Positions 6,767 to 12,554 of a stretch of DNA of 12,554 bases are shown piece by piece. The translations under genes were made by a program, and so were the position numbers. This DNA is from Candidatus Hydrogenedentota bacterium (GTDB lineage Bacteria; Hydrogenedentota; Hydrogenedentia; Hydrogenedentales; SLHB01), in the NCBI GenBank assembly GCA_034408725.1, contig JAWXCN010000168.1, forward strand, positions 1 to 12,554. The letters run 5' to 3'. The notes beneath the pieces were generated by a model, which worked only from the letters and a program-made list of their open reading frames with translations, ran no database searches and was not told where the DNA came from. Position 1 is the first letter of the stretch. Each line of letters opens with the position of its first letter.

Positions 6767-8032
6767 TCATTCCTCGTCCAACAACGACTGCTGCTCCCGG
6801 TACACGGCAGCTTCCTGTACCAGCCCCTTCTCCTCGTAAAATTTTTCCACATCTTTCGGCGTCAGTATGGGTACTGGCTGGCCTGGGGGAACTTTTCGGT
6901 GAGATGCGGCGAGGTTTTGCACGGCGAGATGCAGGTCCTTCCTGGCTTTCCACACATCGGTTTTCTGGATCATATACAACCGGGCGCGTTCGATTAGCGT
7001 CTGCGCGATGGACGTCCGATCGTTCAAATGGCCAAAGAGGTAGATCGCCCGCGCGAACCGGCGTTCAGCGAGGATGTATGCGCCGTAGAACCGTTCTGCG
7101 ATCCCCTGTTCACGGTAAATCTCGCCCGCGTCAAACGTGCACCCTCTTCTGAGGTGGTCCATGGATTTGTTACTGAACCGGTGATGCAAAAATTCACGGC
7201 ACATCTTATCCTGGTACTCTTCACCCACCTGTTCGAGCAGCATCGCGGCCAAGACCAGCGAATTGATCTTTTCCGCGCGGGAAATCCCTTCTTTGAAATA
7301 GTCTTCGGGCGAAACGTCCGCTGTCGTTTTTCGCGCGTGCATTTCCTGCCATTGCTGCCACGTCAATGAAAGCCGGTCCACCGACGCGCGAATGTACTCG
7401 ATATACTTCGGGTTCTCGCTATGCCCTTGTCGCAGAATTTTTGTCAGTAGCTCCTGCGTATCCAGCAGCGCGTCCCGGGCGAGTTCAAGGCTATCCTGAA
7501 TTTGCTGGGACACTGACAGTTTTTCTTCACCGAGAAATTCGGGGCGCTTCATATCAACGGGTAGATCGGAATCGGGTTCGGCGATTGTCAATCTACCGCC
7601 CAGCGCCAACTGTGTGGTTTTCAGCAGAAACAAATCGGCGCAGTACAAGGGACCTTCGAGTTTCCGGTGCAGGTCCCCCGCGCCGTGGTAGCATTCCATG
7701 AGTTCGCGGTATCTGCTTCGCAGGTTATTCGGACCGGTCGTGCCAAGCTTCTGTTCGAGCGCGGTCAGAAAAAAGTCTCCGACGATTGGGTACAACTTTT
7801 TACGGGCTTCCATCGGCACGCGTTTCCACAAAAAATCGTAGACCGATGACGCGACCAGATAGGGGTCTTCCCGTTCCGCCTTCTCGAAGAGTTCGCGGGT
7901 CGCGGCGATCAATTTGGATGGAGAAGTGGCCCGCAGAATATGTACAACGATGACGCGCAGCTCTTCCGGGATGAAGCATATCGTCTCTTCATCCCGCAAG
8001 CTGTACGGTTGGTGACTGCCCGGCTCCGCCAT
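6767..8032 (-). CDS. hypothetical all-helical protein with TPR-like C-terminal segments (421 aa)
   Basis: Long ORF with AGGA RBS; segments such as AERRFARAIYLFGHLNDRTSIAQTLIERARLY resemble TPRs; no catalytic motif recognised. Confidence 0.75.
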   Translation of the reverse strand: MAEPGSHQPYSLRDEETICFIPEELRVIVVHILRATSPSKLIAATRELFEKAEREDPYLVASSVYDFLWKRVPMEARKKLYPIVGDFFLTALEQKLGTTGPNNLRSRYRELMECYHGAGDLHRKLEGPLYCADLFLLKTTQLALGGRLTIAEPDSDLPVDMKRPEFLGEEKLSVSQQIQDSLELARDALLDTQELLTKILRQGHSENPKYIEYIRASVDRLSLTWQQWQEMHARKTTADVSPEDYFKEGISRAEKINSLVLAAMLLEQVGEEYQDKMCREFLHHRFSNKSMDHLRRGCTFDAGEIYREQGIAERFYGAYILAERRFARAIYLFGHLNDRTSIAQTLIERARLYMIQKTDVWKARKDLHLAVQNLAASHRKVPPGQPVPILTPKDVEKFYEEKGLVQEAAVYREQQSLLDEE

Positions 8033-8170
8033 GACCCGCTTTCCTGATTGGGTTGGAACTCGATCGGCGTTTGCATCGCAGGTGCTCGGTCCGCATCCAG
8101 CTCATGGTTCCGGCGCGGCAACCTGCTATGCTTTCCACACTATCGTATACGAAAATTCAGGAACGAGACT

Positions 8171-10165
8171 ATGTCTGCTGCCAAGTCTCCCGGTAGGCCC
8201 TATATCATAGCCTTTATCTGTGCCGCCTTCGCCAAAACTTTTGCACAGGCTGAACCAGAGCAGGATTGGATAACCGTCAATCCCGGGGCCCAGGACGTTG
8301 CGCCGGCATTGCTACTACCTCCCACGCCAGTTTCTCCCAATCACCAATATCTATTGAGTTGGACCATGCGCGTCGAAGGAGAAAAAATCTGGCGATTCCG
8401 CGCGGAAGCAGCGGGCGTAACCGTTCGCCTCAGTGGCCCGAACGCTGATACGGCTACGCTTACGAAACAAACGAGCTGCTGGCAGACAGCCGGTTGGCAT
8501 CCCGCGTGGATCGTGCTGGACGTTCCAGCCGGGTGCGACAGCATCGAAGCAAGCCTGGGAATCGTTTCTGCGGAACACCTGCCCGGCCGGTTTCGCGTTC
8601 GAGATGTACAGCTTCGCGATCTCCAAAGCGATTTTCCAGTACCTGAAACCGAAGGCTCGTTGAGGCTCCAGGTATTGGATGAACACCGCGCCCCAATCAG
8701 CGCGAGGGTTTATTTAATCAACGCCGCCGGTGAAGGCATTGTCCCGCCCTCCGCGTACGCTTATTTGCAAGGTGTCCGCTGTTTTGAGTTCCTTGACCCC
8801 CGGCTAAACCAAATTCCCTTGCCGGACGGCCGCTACACCGTTCGCGCAATGAAAGGGTTCGAATATGCCTTCACGGAAACCACCGTCGATGTCAATGCAA
8901 ACGAGTCTTCCGAAGCGATACTGACTCTCAAACGCCAGTTCGACTGGTCCGCCAAAGGCTGGTGGTCGGGAGATCACCATACGCATCTGTACCGGCACGG
9001 AAGCTCTTTGTATCCAATGATGGATCTAAACGACGTGTATGCCATCGCACAGGCGGAGGGACTCAACTTTCTTCCCTTCCAGGGCGTCGATAAATATCTC
9101 GAATCAAAAGGCGAAATGAATTCCCCCACGTTCATCGCGCGCTACACACAGGAATTGACCCGCGATTTCTGGGGCCACATCTGCCCCGTGGGGATGCGCG
9201 GCATTCCGCGGCCAGAGGAATCTGGAAGTGCCTGGCCCATGAACGGCGACTACATCGAAGCCGTGCGCAGTGCCGGTGGCGCGATCGCGTACGCGCACCC
9301 CTATGGACCGTTGCGGCGGGACGACGTCGCCGCTGCACTCGCCGATCCGAAAGCCGGTCTGATCGCGCGCGAATGGCCTATCGACGTCGCGCTCGGATAT
9401 TCGTGCACCATCGATATTCTCGCGAAGGAGGATGCGCGCGGCGAGTTCGATCTGAAACTTCGCGACTATATGCGCCTGCTGAATCTCGGCTTTCGCTGCG
9501 GCGTCAGCGGTTCGACCGACTTTCACCTGGACCAGGGCCGCGAACCGATCGGTGGTTTCCGCACGTATGCGCATGCGACCGAGCTTTCGTGGGAAAGCAT
9601 CGCGCGCGCCTATAACGAAGGACGTACCTTCGCCACAAACGGCCCGTTGATCGACGTGCATGTTGATGAAGCGAGTCCAGGCGACACACTTTCATTGGAT
9701 TCTCCCGGCCAAGCCCAATTAAAACTCCAAGCCCGCAGCCTCTGGGGAATCGATCGTGCAACCGTGTGGATGAACGGTGTCGCAACGCATGTACTAAAGG
9801 CAGAAGAAGGCACCGTGAATATCACGCGTGAAATTCCGATCACGCAGTCCGGCTGGGTGCTCGTCATCGCCGAAGGCCGCGCCGCCCCGGAAGTCATGAC
9901 CAGCCCCGAAGGTAAACCCTGCGTCCCCGGCCAATACGCCATCACGAGCCCCATCTACATCGAAGTAAAAAACACCCCCGCACCCCGCGACTCCGAAGCC
10001 GCCCAATATTTCGCCGACTGGTGCGAATCCGTCCGCCGCGGATTCGACGCATTATGTGAACAACACCGCGACGATGGCAATGGAGTTCCAGAGAAAACAA
10101 AATCAAAGGCCATCGAACGAATCGACCAGGCGAAAAACCTGTTCTTACAGAGGGCTACAGGGTGA
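8171..10165 (+). CDS. secreted CehA/McbA-family (PHP-fold) metallohydrolase
   Basis: Signal peptide RPYIIAFICAAFAKTFAQA; GWWSGDHHTH, WGH, AYAHP, GSTDFH, RTYA and GRTFATNGP motifs; beta-rich accessory N-terminal domains. ATG 8171 preferred to TTG 8048. Confidence 0.85.
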   Translation: MSAAKSPGRPYIIAFICAAFAKTFAQAEPEQDWITVNPGAQDVAPALLLPPTPVSPNHQYLLSWTMRVEGEKIWRFRAEAAGVTVRLSGPNADTATLTKQTSCWQTAGWHPAWIVLDVPAGCDSIEASLGIVSAEHLPGRFRVRDVQLRDLQSDFPVPETEGSLRLQVLDEHRAPISARVYLINAAGEGIVPPSAYAYLQGVRCFEFLDPRLNQIPLPDGRYTVRAMKGFEYAFTETTVDVNANESSEAILTLKRQFDWSAKGWWSGDHHTHLYRHGSSLYPMMDLNDVYAIAQAEGLNFLPFQGVDKYLESKGEMNSPTFIARYTQELTRDFWGHICPVGMRGIPRPEESGSAWPMNGDYIEAVRSAGGAIAYAHPYGPLRRDDVAAALADPKAGLIAREWPIDVALGYSCTIDILAKEDARGEFDLKLRDYMRLLNLGFRCGVSGSTDFHLDQGREPIGGFRTYAHATELSWESIARAYNEGRTFATNGPLIDVHVDEASPGDTLSLDSPGQAQLKLQARSLWGIDRATVWMNGVATHVLKAEEGTVNITREIPITQSGWVLVIAEGRAAPEVMTSPEGKPCVPGQYAITSPIYIEVKNTPAPRDSEAAQYFADWCESVRRGFDALCEQHRDDGNGVPEKTKSKAIERIDQAKNLFLQRATG

Positions 10166-10171
10166 GTTGTG

Positions 10172-10844
10172 ATGAAAAACCGTGAAACTCAAACAGAACG
10201 AGAGGATATCGCTGTCTTCAGTATTCTGAAGGAGTCCTCGTGCGCGGAATGCGGCGCCCAACTGTTGCCTGGAGACTTCCTGAGCATGGAAAGAAGCCGC
10301 TTTGCATGACTTGCGCAGACTTCGACCAACTAATATTTCTGTCGCGCGGCACGCCCTCACGCGCCGGGCGCGTAAGCATTCAAAGCAATCGGCAGTCGTT
10401 GTACGTTTCAGCCGCGCGCGTAAACGCTACGAGCGGCAAGGCATCCTCGTTGAACTGGGAGCATTGGAACGTGCGGAATACGAGTGTCTGAGCGATGAGG
10501 AGCGGCGTGCGGCCGCCCGGAAACGCGCTGCTATCTATCGCGAAACCGCGGACGCAAAGTACGTGGAACGCTTCGCAAATGAAATACGCGCGGTATACCC
10601 CAATTGCCCGCCGGGCGAAGCCGCCGCCATCGCAAAGCACGCCTGCGAAAAGAATAGCGGCCGCGTCGGCCGCACGCCGTCGGCCAAACAGCTGGATTCT
10701 CACATGATCGAACGCGCCGTAGCTGCCCACATCCGGCACGAACACACTGACTACGACCGATTATTATCCGAGGGCATTGACCGGCAGGAAGCCAGAACCC
10801 AAGTTAAAGATGCCATCCACGCGGTTATCAAAACATGGTCGTAG
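10172..10844 (+). pseudogene. DUF2293 domain protein interrupted by two frameshifts (pseudogene or assembly error)
   Basis: Frame A (10172) MKNRET...CAECGAQLLPGDFLSME; shift at about 10291 to KPLCMTCADFDQLIFLSRG; shift at about 10351 to ALTRRARKHS...RFSRARKRYERQG...SGRVGR...VAAHIRHEHTDYD (DUF2293 signature). Confidence 0.8.
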
Positions 10845-10955
10845 AAGCTCCCGTGTAGCGTTGAATTTCGATTCGGCGCTCGTCGGACAAAATGATCTGA
10901 GAAGTACGGCAAGGCAGGGACGGTGGGTGGCGCGGCGAATGGCCACTCTTCGCGG

Positions 10956-11042
10956 TTGGTCGACTGTATCAAGGGTGGGCTTAAATCAGCGCGAGATGTC
11001 GACGAGGATGAAGCTATCCACAAGTATCAACTGGTTAATCAA
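10956..11042 (-). pseudogene. remnant of a PIN/VapC toxin N-terminus
   Basis: TTG 11042 gives MINQLILVDSFILVDISR*FKPTLDTVDQ, resembling PIN start ILVDTDILID..RG; in-frame TGA at 10986-10988; no recognisable PIN sequence further on. Confidence 0.55.
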
Positions 11043-11052
11043 AATTCCTGCG

Positions 11053-11280
11053 TCATTCGGTCTCACGAAGGTTTCGAACCCATTGAATACTGTCCTTCAT
11101 GTCCTCGCGATCTGCCCACATGCCACAGAACGCAAAATCCGTAAATGAACGGTTTTGAGAATCAGGCGCGGGTTCCGCTGGCGCTGATTCAATTGCGTCC
11201 AATATATGCGCAAGCATATCCATCTGTCTGGGCGTGAGATTGCGAACGCGCTCAACCAAAGTGTTGGGGTCTTGCGACAT
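11053..11280 (-). CDS. VapB/DUF2281-like antitoxin, C-terminus probably clipped by a TGG>TGA change
   Basis: FCGMWADREDMKDSIQWVRNLRETE is characteristic of antitoxins upstream of vapC; start ATG 11280 (MSQDP) after AAAGGG. Confidence 0.7.
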   Translation of the reverse strand: MSQDPNTLVERVRNLTPRQMDMLAHILDAIESAPAEPAPDSQNRSFTDFAFCGMWADREDMKDSIQWVRNLRETE

Positions 11281-11373
11281 AACACTTACCCTTTCATCGT
11301 CAGCCACGTATAACATCTAGCAGCGCAGGGAGGCTAAAACCTAAAAAATGACGCACCCGCCTGCCGGTGCAAT

Positions 11374-11583
11374 CTACTCTACAACAACGTACTCACAAAC
11401 TGTCTTAGGCTTTGGGATTTGCTCGCCGTCCTCCCGCATGCCATCTAAATGCAGTTCGATTGCTTCTTGGACAAGCCTCAACGTTTCATCAACCGTGTCA
11501 CCCAACGCAACGCAGCCCGGAAGATCCGGCACGTAAGCGCCGTATCCATTCTCACTCGGTTCAACCACCACAGCGTATTGCAT
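11374..11583 (-). CDS. hicB: HicB-family antitoxin (short, no DNA-binding domain)
   Basis: YAVVVE....GYGAYVPDLPGCVALGDTVDETLRLVQEAIELHLDGMREDGEQIPKP; AAGGAG RBS. Confidence 0.92.
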   Translation of the reverse strand: MQYAVVVEPSENGYGAYVPDLPGCVALGDTVDETLRLVQEAIELHLDGMREDGEQIPKPKTVCEYVVVE

Positions 11584-11587
11584 ATAA

Positions 11588-11782
11588 CTACTCCTTTTCC
11601 GTCAATCCAGCTTGTCGAAAAGTGCTTTTGAGCGTGCAGATCGGCACATCTTTACCCATGTTACCAGCAACCGTGACACGGCCTTTCTTTGTCGAATGAA
11701 CAAACTGACGGTGACTTCCAGCGATCGAGACCAACCGCCATCCATCGTTCTCCAATTACTGGACAACATCTCGCACTTTCAT
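11588..11782 (-). pseudogene. hicA: HicA toxin with premature stop at codon 9
   Basis: MKVRDVVQ*LENDGWRLVSIAGSHRQFVHSTKKGRVTVAGNMGKDVPICTLKSTFRQAGLTEKE*; TAA at 11756-11758; directly upstream of hicB. Confidence 0.88.
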
Positions 11783-11824
11783 TGAACGAAGTATGCACCA
11801 GGTGGAACCACGTCGCATATAGGC

Positions 11825-11870
11825 AAAACAAAAAGCGCCCCGTCGGCATTTACATACCAACGGGGCGCTT
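11825..11870 (-). terminator. rRNA operon Rho-independent terminator
   Basis: AAGCGCCCCGT (11833-11843) and ACGGGGCGCTT (11860-11870) form a stem; + strand A-rich 11825-11834 gives the U-tract; immediately after 5S. Confidence 0.85.
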
Positions 11871-11879
11871 CACTAAAAA

Positions 11880-11996
<117 letters not shown>

Positions 11997-12151
11997 AAAA
12001 TCGGGTGGCCAAAGCCACCAACAATCTTGACAGGAATGCGAGGGTTAACAAGAAACGGTACCATTAACGGAGTGTCCGGCTATAAGTGCGTCCACATGTT
12101 TTTCGTCCTTGCGGACGATACGCACATGGGGTTTTGGATGAGTTTAAATAA

Positions 12152-12554
<403 letters not shown>

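Noticed and set aside
4083..10006. Many 60-185 aa ORFs nested in or antisense to the DUF1501, 421-aa and PHP hydrolase genes
   Set aside because: Typical GC-rich shadow frames with no recognisable motifs.
10986..11055. TGA codons at positions where Trp (antitoxin) and Gly (PIN stub) are expected, suggesting stop-codon reassignment
   Set aside because: The two sites would need different amino acids, and murB, DUF1501, hicB and the PHP hydrolase end normally at TGA; simple nonsense mutations explain them.

Overview
Bacterial chromosomal window with a moderately GC-rich backbone, standard genetic code, lying just downstream of an rRNA operon. The DUF1501 Tat substrate and CehA/McbA-type PHP hydrolase fit PVC- or Hydrogenedentes-like lineages, but taxonomy is not proven. 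From left to right: 3' end of murB; Zn-ribbon NUDIX hydrolase; an unannotated 17-aa hydrophobic ORF with strong RBS and its own terminator; MFS transporter (-); an unannotated 55-aa helical protein (-) behind a near-consensus sigma-54 promoter with upstream repeats and its own terminator; a PIN toxin followed by a putative antitoxin and a frameshifted paralogue of it; a DUF1501 protein; a three-gene DUF6941-like/hicB/hicA unit (-); a 421-aa helical/TPR-like protein (-); a secreted CehA/McbA-family metallohydrolase; a doubly frameshifted DUF2293 gene; a decayed vapBC-like pair (-); hicB with a nonsense-inactivated hicA (-); the rrn terminator, 5S rRNA and the 3' end of 23S rRNA (-). The most notable points are two small genes missed by the ORF track and a dense set of four type II toxin-antitoxin modules in different stages of decay. 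All family assignments come from motif recognition by eye, not database searches.
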